This document shows, in pieces, positions 12,206 to 23,738 of a DNA stretch of 64,000 nucleotides. Both the position numbers and the translations under genes were made by a program. Source of the DNA: Daphnia carinata (taxonomy: Eukaryota); assembly GCF_022539665.2 (NCBI RefSeq), contig NC_081333.1:9920001-9984000 (forward strand). The letters run 5' to 3'. Position 1 is the first letter of the stretch, and the number at the start of each line of letters is the position of its first letter. The notes beneath the pieces were generated by a model that saw only the letters and a list, made by a program, of their open reading frames with translations, did not search any database and had not been told where the DNA came from.

Positions 12206-14689
12206 ATCTAGTGATAACCAATACAAAGGAGAAGACATCAAACTGAAGCTCGTGTTATTTTCGCATCATTAAGTGCTTCATCTATTACTAGCTTGGACAT
12301 CGTTTGGATTTCCTTGGAATTAGTTGTCGATATTCAATAGCCTCAGCTGCCAAAAAAAAAAATGGCGTTATATGTTCGCCATGTGTTTCTTCCTTTCTGT
12401 TTGTGCTTCTCTGCCTACACTGCGCTGTCTTTTCGGACAACAGATATTCACAGGAAGGGAGAAACGTCTCCCGAAAATGACGCTGTGTAGCTGTAACCCA
12501 TCAATCTAGGTTTTTCTCTTGGAGAGGACAATAGTTCGACAGTTGATAACTGCCAACGTGAACAAACTTAGGAAAGTAATTTGTGTTTGTATTGACATAT
12601 ACCATATATCAAGTTGATCTCTTCATTGTGTGTTTCCATGCAGTTTCTCCCTTTTACCCTCCCTGTAACCTAATCAAGCTATAAGTACGCAGAGTTGTTG
12701 TGAATATGAAAAAGGAATGCATCGCTGCAATTCCATTGATCTCATAGTAATAATTGTGGTATTCGTAATGGTAATAACAATCAGATTAGTAGCGTGTTGC
12801 ATCTCTTTGTTTAACCCAGTTCAGGTTTCGTGTTTTTACATTTAATCCCTATACAACGGTATTTGTCCCTTCTCTTCTAGTGATCTACATTGTCTTACAG
12901 TTTGATTCTTCAGATAATTGTATGGAGAATCTTCTTTTATTCACCTTCGTCTTTCTTCATGAAGCCCGCCTCCCTTCTCGTCGTCCTGCATTACTTCCAG
13001 TTGCATGTGAGTTGTTTGTGAGATAGTGGAGATCCTAGCGCACCGGTTCGCTCAACAAACCGCAACTTTTGTTTCTTATTTCTTGTGTTTTATCTCTTTA
13101 TCCCGTTATCAAAATCACGGCAATATTTTCCCCCTCTTTCTTTCTCTTTTTACGTATAGCATAATTTGACATTTATTCGTTACATTCCCTTGCTCTTTAA
13201 AAATAAAAACCTTTTCATAACCCTAATCTATTGCTGTTTTCTCTTATCAGTGTGTTATATGGTGTTCTCCAGTTGCTTCTTCGTTTTATTTTTATTCTTG
13301 TTTTCATCCTTTATACCTGTGTGAAAACATAGGTAGATGCGCTGTGCTGATAAAATTAACTAGAAAAAAAAAAAGTTAAATGAGAAATACATACTTATCT
13401 TATCATATATACCTCCAGTATGGAAATCACGTCATAAACGGATGTTACTTGATGTTCAAATTCGTGTACCTCTTTATGATTCTCTGAACTTTCTTGGCGA
13501 GACTGAAATGAATTCAACTACAGCGGCAGTAGAGCGGTTGGTAAAAGTGGTAAGACCAAGGCCGGGCTGGGCCATGACCATAAGAGCATGGAAAGAGAAA
13601 CGAGATCAGTTCACGATGGAGACAAGACAGTTGGGTTAGAAAACGGATAATGGATCCGAGATCAAATGAATCCGATAATACTCGTTTGATGCTCTATCAG
13701 ATGGCAGTGGAGGTTGATCAAATACAAGACAAGATAGAAGCCTGCAATGATGTCATTTAGATTAAGACATAATAATTGACCCTCTACCACGGTCAAGATG
13801 TAGTTCTCTCGACGAACTCCGAGGCTTGTCCAACACTTCTCCCTCACAGTTTATTGAAGATACAGCATCATTAAATCTATCTTGTCCAGGGTCTCTTTAA
13901 TTTCTTGTTAAGTGCAAGAGTGCCATTTACGATGATTTTGGATGTTTCGATCGTTGCCAGATCACGCAAAAGTTGGGCTTATTTTGTTGGGCTTATTTTT
14001 TCGGGCTTAACTTTTTTTTTCTTTACCTGTTCTAGGAGAAATCAGTCAAGTACATGCGCGATCTAACGGGAATACATCACGACATTTTTTGGAAATTACC
14101 AAGCTTTTCGCTAGAAGGCATTGCTACAGTGCAGGCGAGATCTTTTTCGTGTTAAAGCGTAACGTGACATTTGATGGTCGAAACAGTAAGCGTTCTTCTT
14201 CATCGACTGTTGCAACAATCAAATTGAATGGTCATTCATTAAACTTACTGTTTACAAGAAATTCGAGTAAGAAACACATCTATTCGCCTACAGCCACGCA
14301 GAAGGAATTACTATCTTGGCGACTCGTCATCAACAACCGACCCATACTAATTTATGAGGCTATTCTGCACTCAACACGGATTTTACGATCGCTTTGTCGA
14401 TTGTCGGGGTAACCCAAAAAACAGTTATGTATTGATAAATGCAACGAGTATTGAAACCATGGTTATCTGTAACACTTGGTTGGCATGGAGACACGAACAG
14501 TTTCATAGAAAAATTACCCTCGCGTAGTCTAGGACGTCACCCTACGTCCGACGTGGGCGTCGAAAGGAGGAGCTTCTCGTCGGAGTGGCAGCTCTTTAGT
14601 ACGTGGAAAATCGTCCTTGTGCCTAGACTCCTCCTGGCGGCGGAAACTCGAACGAAGCCGATCGGGATGTTCCTGATCTGTCAGTTCCG

Positions 14690-14974
14690 AGTCTTCGCGT
14701 GTCAGCGATCGTCGTAACACGCACGATCCGTACTCCTAACAAAAAAGAAGAAAGTTTGTGTACTGCCATTTCATCTGTTATTACCAGTTGTGTGTTTCTG
14801 CTTTATAAATACTTTTATCTAAAAAAACACTAAGACTGAAATAAAATCCATTGTTGCACTGCACGTCGTCATTCGTCGTAGTGAACACTGATGACCATCA
14901 CCAACAGCACCATCCGATCATGACTGATTGATCATAAGCTACAAGAAGGTTGAACATGGTCACAGGAGCTCTAG
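14690..14974 (+). promoter_or_regulatory. Candidate TSS (TCAGTT Inr at 14691) and 5' leader exon of the stoned locus
   Basis: Inr-like TCAGTT at 14691, donor TAG|GTATTT at 14975, and a strong acceptor (pyrimidine tract...TCTAG) ending at 17249, just before the stonedA ATG. The pairing is inferred, not shown. Confidence 0.4.
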
Positions 14975-17273
14975 GTATTTATTTTACATCTTATAAAGTA
15001 AGTTCAGGAATAAAATCCAACGTTGTGTACCAAATGATGACTCATCAATGAGCATCCCTTGGGAGTACCAACACGCATCCAAATATTCATGATCCCTCGA
15101 AAATCAGTACAAAAAGAATCTTAAGTTCTCGCTTTAATTATCGATGGTTCACTGCTTTCGCAAAATGTCATGTCAGCCATAGACGGAAATCAACTTCACG
15201 AGCGGCATGACGTTGTTGGAACGCGGTTGCGCAAAACCGGTGCCGTAGTATTGATCCAGGGAATGGGGGGGGGGGGGGGGGGGATCTCTCTCTTCCTGCA
15301 ACCATGCCGCCGGATCTATCTAGAAAGCGGTCGATGGGGCACTTCTAGTCTCTGATGAGTAGGTAGACTGGGTGCCAGAACAGTCGAAAGAAGAAGCCTA
15401 TAGTAGAGCTAAAGCTACCCCAGGCCTTTCCCCCAAAATAACAGGGGCTTCATTTCGACCGGCGTCATAGGGCCTGCTGTCGCCGATAAGCTTATCGATT
15501 GGAAAAGGAGACTAACTGTTCCAGCATTTCCGACGACATTTTTCCCTATCGCCGTGAAGACAGGCAGGTTTAAAAGTGCGTTACAACATGCCACCGTTCT
15601 TTCTCAAATTGCGAATCGATTAAATATGTGACCAATCTGAGTAAATAGCAATAGTTCATTCCAGTTTCCTATGCGGCCCGTAGCCTGTATATTTAGGTAT
15701 ATGTCGGCAGTGAAGCGTTCTTTATTCGCGATACGACATGTGTTGCCGCATCTGTTTCAGTTTCCGTAGTTTTTTTGGGGAGGGGAGGCAGGAGGGGTCC
15801 TCTATTTACTTGTTATTCCTTCCATTTTTTAAACCCACAGCAGTTTCAAGCTTGCCAGCTCGTGACAAGCGACCGACTACCCTCCCCTCGTGAACGGGCA
15901 TTTCACCCTGCTGCGCCGGATTCGTTTGTTTGGATGTCGCTTCCGAAAGAAACCCAACACTTGTGCAGGTGTCTCGTGGTTGGAACAATCTTTGCGGGAG
16001 TTGACGTTCCCCTCCGTTACAAGAACTAGCAGTTCCTACGAAGCTTGATTTCCAGGATGTGGGAGATGCCATAACATTTCACGGCGCGTGCCTATTTCCG
16101 TCTATTTCCAATCCCACAATTCGTTCTGTTGTTTCCTCGCCTCAGGGCCTTGCCTTCTTTTCGTTCAAACTTAAAAGCGTTCTTCTTAATTTGATTCGTG
16201 TTTGATTTTTCTCTTTTTTTGTTTGCTTTGTTTTATCCTTGGTCTAAACGTAACTCGTGTTGCGTTAATCCTAACAAGGAAACATCCGGGACTAAAGTTT
16301 CGGTCCAAGTTTCTCTTGTTCGTCCTTTTCTCTCCCTCTCTTTCTAAAACGAGACTCTTGATGTTGAGGAACTGACAAATCTGTAAGTAGAAAATGAGGG
16401 CTCTTCTTGGTCACCAGCTGCCATTTACAACAGATGTGGGTGCATTTAGGAATTGAACAGACAACGCTCTTTGTCCGCGTCGAAATTTATCCGAGCTCGT
16501 GCAGGATTTACTCGTTTCCTTCGGTCAAAAGGGTCCGACACCCAAATGGCAAAGAAATAAAGTCACGTACCAATCAAGCAGTAAATTGCGAAAAAAAGAA
16601 ATCGAATTCAGTTTTAGCTTGCAGTAAGCTAAGAGATCACGTAGAAGTCCACGTCAACAAGCGATTGGTTAATATTTCATGGATGCAGCGGATGCGTCAC
16701 AAAATGTAAATTTTTATTGGTATTTTTTCTGAGCTATACTAGAGTGGGAAAACTATTTGAAGTCGGTTTTCTTCTTCAAAGGCAGCTTCACGTGACAACA
16801 GCCTGAATTTCAGGACGAATGGGTGAAAGGGTTGCATACGATCAATACCAAGACTAGCTCGCTGTGGAGTCGTCGTGTCCGAAATCTTGGCGAGCATTTC
16901 GTCAACTTTTTGTAGGAAACATTTATTGCAGTTGTCGAATAAAAGTCAATATCCCTTCTTCCTTGAAACTCAAAGAGTAAATCAAATAATCGATAAAGCT
17001 AGGGAAAAAAGACATGCTCGATATTCCACCATTGTCAACCCCGATGAATACAAGAATTTTATCAATTGGATTTTGAGCGCGGATTGTACAGTCAGATTTT
17101 CTGCGTTGGCCCCAATGCTGTCCCTGTTCCTCCATTTACCGTTATGTGCATTAAGAGATTACACTAAGTAGCTGCGAAAAATTAATGGATTGCCTTCCAA
17201 TAGTGTACTGATTACAATGTCTTCTTCTTTGCGTTTCTTTTGTATCTAGCTCCCGCATTGACCCTAGGAGAAT

Positions 17274-19355
17274 ATGCACAAACTAAGCAAGGGCTTGAAG
17301 AAGAAGATCAAAGGCAAGAAAGGCAAAGAAAAAGAGGACGATTTGTTTGATCCGGCTATCCTTGAACAGTACCGTCGAGACAAGGCCGCCGCCGCCGCCG
17401 CAGCCGCCGCCAAAGCCGCCGCTTCTGGAGAAGATTGCGATCCATCAGCTGAAGAAAACGGTTCGCCCACAGCAGCGAACGAAGCTACCTCATCCACAGA
17501 GCCTGGTGCTGACAAGAAAGATAGCGAAGAGTGGCAAAAATTCAAACTTCTCACATCAGGTAACAACAGCTCTTTGTTTTCATCTATTAAAGCAATTTTA
17601 AAAGCCAAATAAAGATTGACAGATTATTCAGTGCGTATCACGAAGAGTTTGTTGGGGGTAATTGTACCATATCGTAGACGTCATCGTAGACGAAAGACAG
17701 CCCAAAGAGGTGCAATTTGCAAACTGACAGACTCATTATTTCCGACAGGTGTTGATACGATCCTACAGAAGACACAAGAGGATTTGGGACGGATTAAGAA
17801 AACCAGCTATTACCAGAGGAACAAGAAACCCGAGACACCGACTCCTGTTGAAGAAGCCAAGGCAATCGTAGCAACAGCAGCCGGTAAAAGCCCCAGCGCT
17901 AATAATAGTGAACCGACTGGTTTCAAAACTAAATGGATTGGCTTTGAGGAGGGCAACAAATTCAAAGATCTAAACGCTGAAGAAGCTGAAGCTGATCAAA
18001 CCCGTTCTGTCGCAGCGGCACAGTCATCAGCTGTAGCTGAAGAAGTTGTCGATCCCCAGCTCGAGGAACTTGGACAAGAGTTTGAAGAACAGAACGAAGA
18101 GGACGACGAGGAGGACATTTTCAACACCGAGTACGTCGACGTCGTCACCAGTGGCGAATTGAAACTCGCCTACGTCCCCGACAGTCCGACGCTCGAAGTT
18201 CCAGGCGACGATCCGTTCGATACTTCCGTCGTCGAGAAGATCGTCGGTCCACTTCCCGTCATCAAAAAGAAGAAGGCCCTTGTGAGCATCGGAGCCGCTG
18301 TTGAGATCCTGACCGCTGCCAACGCTGCTGATCAACAACAAAAACAACATCATCAATTGTCTACTGCCAACCGACAACGAGTCGCTCAACCTCCCACTGA
18401 GATCCAGTTACTTTGTTGTTTCGACGATAACGAATACGATCAGAATCAGACCGTAAATTCTGCAACAGCAACGCCATTGGCTAATCATACTGGGAGTTCA
18501 AGCAGTGCGCAACAAACACCGCACATTCAAGTACCTCCTGCAAGTGGCGAAGCCGGCTTGAAGGACATCCTCGCTGAATTCGACGTTATTCCAGATAGCT
18601 CCGATCCGATTGACAACGACTTTGTGAAGCCTCCCAAGCCAAGTCCAGTTGTCCAGCAGAAAAAGCCAGAACTTATCGACGAAGAGGATTTCGAATTCGA
18701 AGCCCTAGCTTACGAGTCATTGGCCAAGCAACCACTTCCGCAAGAAGAAGAAGAGGAGGACGACCCCTTCGACACTAGTGCCATCGAGAAAGTGTTGAAC
18801 AAGGATCCAGTCGTAACCCGTACTCCTTCTAGGAAACCACCTCCATCGAGGCCTGCTGCTCCTCCTACGCGTCCTCCACCTCCCCCTTCGGTGGCGGCTA
18901 TTGCAGCTATAGCTGCTGCAATCGATCGGTCGTCTAGTGCTCCGGCTCGCCCACCAGTCCCAACCAATCCGACAGTGCCAAGTCTTCAAGCTCAAGACTC
19001 GTTTGACGCGCTCTTTCTTGACGAGAGTCCAACCGAGAAGGAGAAGCTGACGGTGCCCAAGCTTGACAGTCCTTCACAGGTTTCTGGTGCTGATCCTTTC
19101 GACACGTCCGCTATCGATTCATTCGGCACATCTGCCATCGATCCGTTCGATACCTCTGCCATCGACCCATTTGACACTTCGGCTGTCGGCTCATTTGACA
19201 TTTCCGCTCCTGGCAGTTTAGTTGCCAATCTGCCATCGGTGCTTCCGGCTGCAACCCAGTTACAGGTGACATCATTCGTGATTGTTGACGATTCGCCAGT
19301 TAACGACGAAATCGATCCGTTTGACACTTCAGCAGTTGAGAAAATCTTAAACTAA
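17274..19355 (+). CDS. stnA: Stoned-A (first cistron of the stoned locus), ~630 aa, 2 coding exons (17274-17559, 17749-19355)
   Basis: MHKLSKGLKKKIKGKK...LEQYRRD and EWQKFKLLTSGVDTILQKTQEDLGRIKKTSYYQR resemble the Drosophila StonedA N-terminus. DIFNTEYVD...GELKLAYVPDSP. Six DPFDTS motifs (DPF binds the AP-2 alpha ear). Intron 17560-17748 is GT..AG and in phase. Confidence 0.93.
19090..19210 (+). repeat. 24-nt (8-aa) tandem repeat in stonedA: (A)IDPFDTSA units, ~5 copies
   Basis: DPFDTSAI-DSFGTSAI-DPFDTSAI-DPFDTSAV-GSFDISAP. Confidence 0.9.
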
Positions 19356-19397
19356 ACTGTTGAAAGCTTTTCAAATCCCTGTCTCAATTAAGCAAAA

Positions 19398-22300
19398 ATG
19401 GCAGCCAATCCGTTTATGATGGATGATATCAATCCGGCCCCCCAGTTGGGATCTGGTTACATAAATCCCTTTGCGACATCAACAGCAACTCCAGCCTCTT
19501 CAGCAGTTTTGAATCCATTTTTCGACATGGCTCCGGCCAATGTAAGCGCTGTTAGCAATCCATTTTTGATGGATGATGTCCCGCAACAACCCAGCGCTAG
19601 TTCGGTGTACAACCCTTTCGCATCATCCATCACAGAATCTGATACAGCGGTCAATGAACACGTTGACAGTCTCGCGTGGCTGAGTTCTGGCGGTGCCATG
19701 CAAACGCAAAGCAATATGGCTAGTCCGTACGATCTGCCAGATACGTCGTCTATGTCGCATCACTCCCCCTTGATGGACGATTTGCTGGAAGCCGATGAGC
19801 CACTTCCTGAAGAATTGGTCAGCGACATCTTGGAAGTAGCTACGCCGTCACCTGGAGCATCTCCTATACCAGAGAGCCTCGGCAGTGCGAAACCTGCCAG
19901 ACCAGCTCCGCCACCTAGACCACCGTCAAGACCATCTCCTCCACACGAAACTCAACAGCTGATATTGTCTGTTACGGGAGCAATGCAAGCCACTTCCGAA
20001 CATTTATTGGACCGTCTGAGAGCCACCGCTCCGAGTCCAGTACCGGGATACAATCCAAACATGATACATTCACATTCACCATCTCCTTCACCATCGCCGT
20101 GCCCAAGTCCTACGCAAAACGCAGAAGTGGATCTTCTACATTATGATCATTTGGGTGATCATCCAGCTGTTCCTCCACCACGTCCGACATCACGACCTTC
20201 TTCTCCGGCTGTTCCGCAGAGACCACAGCAAGTTCCATCTAGGCCAGCACCCTCCGGACCGCCTCCAAGGCCCGTTGCTCCGAACAGCGCCTCAACGGCA
20301 CAACCGCCACCATCAGCTGACAAAGGTTTTGCTAGTATTTTTGGAGAGCCGTCTCCCACATCTGAATTGGAAGCGCTGGCATTTTCACCGACACCAGCAA
20401 GTTCACAACAAGTGACAACGGAAGCTGTTCCTGCGGAAGAGATTGATTTGCTAGGACTTCCGAAGCCTAGGACACGCACAAATAATGATATTTTGAAACT
20501 ATTCGAGAAGAAGGTGGATCAAGAGAAAGATTTGCTGGCCGGTGACGTCTTTGAAAGTACCTTTCTCGTTGATCTTGATCATCAGGCTCCACCCTGCCCC
20601 ATTGCTCCGGAATCACCGTTTGTTATGGCTCCGGCTACAAGTCAACCATCATTCTTCCAGGAAGAATTAGTGATCGAGCCGACCGAGCCAGTGCAAACTA
20701 CCGAACAGGACTCGTTGTCAAAGCATTATCAACAGCCGCAAGAAGCACCGTCATTGGTGTACTCAGACATTAAAAGCCCTATTCAGTCGGAGCCAATCAC
20801 GATCCCCATGCGTGGAGAATGCATCGATCAACCCGAAGAGTTCGACGCATTCTCATCTCGTTTCGAGAGTGTCGGACGAGAAGACACGCTAATGGTGGAA
20901 AGCGATCCATTCGATCCATTCTCGGCTGGTGGCAGCGCCAAAGGCAGTTCTGGTGAGTTACATTCATCTATAACAATCATCGGTTCACTGGAAAGTGTGG
21001 GCTTTGAAAGGAGTTTAACATAACTTTTATTCTCTTCATTTAGTTTGGGGTACTGCAACTGGAACACCGGAATCCAGCAGCTTATTAGGTTTCGGAGCGA
21101 GTGAAGGTTTTGATCCGTTTTTGGCTCTAACGGAGCCTCCACCACCTCCACACGGAAGCCCACGTTTTCCATCATCTCATCGTGAACTTTCACACGATTC
21201 CGATGAAGAACAACCAGAATTTGCTCTCTCTATTAAGTAAGTATAATACGTCGACATTTCATTTGAAAAAAAAAGACACGTATAAATTATTTTGCTTCTT
21301 TTCTGATAGGCCACGCAGCGAAGGCTTTATGGATGGTAAAATAGGATTAGCTTTAGCCCCTGCTTTAGCTCCGCCACCGAGAATTCCAATCCAGACTGCA
21401 AGCAGTGATGATTATTCTCCTCCAAAAAGTCTTAATCCATTCCTGATTCCCGAGCAGGTGCCCGTACCAACATCATGTGAGTTTGTTTTTTGTTATTACT
21501 GTGCAAAATTCATTAAATGCAAATGGAGTTTTCCATTCAACAGACGAACCCTATCTGCCTCCTGAGAGGAAATCAACGGCACCACGTAGAGACTCTGAAG
21601 ATTCCCCCGTAACACCACTCTTTGACGAAGATCAGTCGGTACCTTTGGAAGTATTTCCGCGTATCGAGTACAAAGGTCAAGTATGGGAGATGCAATTGCG
21701 ACAGCCGAATAAGAAAAAGATCACCAGTCAGAGGTAAATTAGTGCACATGTACCGAGTAAAGTTTTCTTTTTCAGAATTTTATTCATTTTTTTTTTTTTT
21801 CGAATGAATACCAAAACAGGTTCTGGAAGAAGGTTTTCGTCAAATTGGGAGTTCATAACGATCTGCCCGTGATACAACTCTACAGCAATAAGGACGACAA
21901 AGAACCTTTCCAGGAACTTCAGCTCCAACCCTGCTATTCCGTCTCCGATATTAGTAAACGCAACGTAACTAGAGTTATAAACCAATACGTAACTAGCGAT
22001 TGATTGATTTACAGGTGCACAGCAGTTTGATCATTACGGGAAAATCTTCACCGTCAAAGTACAGTACGTGTTTTACAAGGAACGGCCAGGTATTCGACCG
22101 GGCCAGGTAACCAAGGCCGAGCGACTTACTAGTCGATTGCAACAATTTGCCGCCTATGCCATCCAAGGCGACTACAACGGCGTCAAGGAATTCGGTAGCG
22201 ATCTCCGCAAATTGGGCATTCCCGTCGAGCACGCTCCACACGTAAGTCGAAATTACATATCTGATGCGGCTCTGATTATTTCATTCGCTTTCTTCTAAGT

Positions 22301-23738
22301 ACAGATATCTGAACTGCTGAAGCTCGGAACAACCAATTATGAAGAACTAAAAGAGTTCAGCTCTGCCATAGAGGAAGCTCTGTTCAAATTGACAGTGCCG
22401 CGAGAGAAATCTCAGGTGGGATACAAAACGGATGAAGTTCAGATGACAGCAGTAGACGAATTCTACGTGGAACAAGATAAAATGGGCCGAGTGTTGCGAC
22501 AGATAGCTCGAGTTCGCGTCTTCGTCCTGTCTTTCCTCTCGGGTATGCTCCTCATTGTTCTTTTTAACTTAAGAATTTATGTAAACTCTGCATTTGCTTC
22601 GTAAGGATTGCCCGATGTGGAATTGGGTGTCAACGACCTGCCCAGACAAGGCAAAGAAGTAGTCGGACGTCACGATATTATTCCAGTCATCACAGAAGAG
22701 TGGATCCGGCTGGAAGATGTGGAATTCCACAATTGCGTTGATCAAGCTGAATTTGAAAACACTCGGACTGTCAAGTAAAAGCCCACCCAAAGCAAAACCT
22801 ATCTGTTTCGTTTGATTGAACCTCCTTGATGTGTCATTTTATCAGATTCCGGCCTCCGGATGCGTGCTATATCGAACTGTTGCGCTTCCGCGTACGGCCA
22901 CCAAAGAACCGCGAGCTTCCACTCCAAGTGCGCACCACTTTCAGCGTCTCCGGCAACAAAGTGGAACTGAAATCGGACGTCTTGGTGCCCGGCTATATTA
23001 GCCGCAAGTACGGCCAAATCCCCTGCGAAGACGTCGCCATCCGCTTCCCACTCCCCGAATCCTGGATCTACATGTTCCGGGTGGAAAAGCACTTCCGCTA
23101 CGGATCGGTCAAGTCCTCTCATCGACGCATGGGCAAGATCAAGGGCATCGAACGCTTCTTGGGCGCCGTAGATACCTTAGAGCCAACTCTCATTGAAGTC
23201 ACCTCCGGCTCGGCCAAATACGAGCATCACCACCGGGCTATTGTCTGGCGAATGCCTCGTCTCCCCAAGGAAGGACAAGGTAGGCTTTCAGTCTAATTGC
23301 TCTCTCATACAATAAAAAATAGTAACGGTTCATTTATATATCGAACCATAATTCTCGGCTGCTGTATACATTATGTAATGTTTTATTAATTTTTTTTTGC
23401 ACGAAGGATCCTACACTACGCACAGTTTTGTTTGTCGTCTCAACTTAACGTCCTACGACCAAATGCCGGAAACTCTGGCTCGCCACTGCTTCGTCGAGTT
23501 CACTATGCCGGCCACTAACGTTTCCCATACTACCCTTCGCTCCTTGGCAGTTAGCACGGGTGATCCACCAGAAAAATATGTGCGCTATTTAGCTAGGCAT
23601 GAATATGTGGTGGAGATTGATCACACTAGTGGGCCTGGACCAGCGGCTTACGTAGCAGCTACCGCCACTGATAGCATTGGTCAGCAGTTGCCACCAGCCG
23701 CTGAACAACCCGAAGATTCCGACAGTGATTCGGATTAA
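19398..23738 (+). CDS. stnB: Stoned-B / stonin (second cistron): NPF-rich N-terminus, proline-rich region, stonin-homology domain, mu-homology domain
   Basis: ATG in strong CAAAAATGG context. Five N-terminal NPF motifs plus a later LNPF. WEMQLRQPNKKKITSQRFWKK, FYKERPGIRPGQVTKAER, RFRPPDACYIELLRFRVRPPKNRELPLQ, YEHHHRAIVWRMPRLPKEGQG, EFTMPATNVSHTTLRS. About 10 short GT-AG introns; stop TAA 23736-23738. Confidence 0.96.

Noticed and set aside
17385..17423. GCC trinucleotide run (poly-Ala) in stonedA
   Set aside because: Ordinary coding microsatellite with no further signal.
17616..17748. N-terminal extension of the 579-aa ORF in the ORF track
   Set aside because: Lies within the stonedA intron 17560-17748 and starts at TTG; the real start is 17274.
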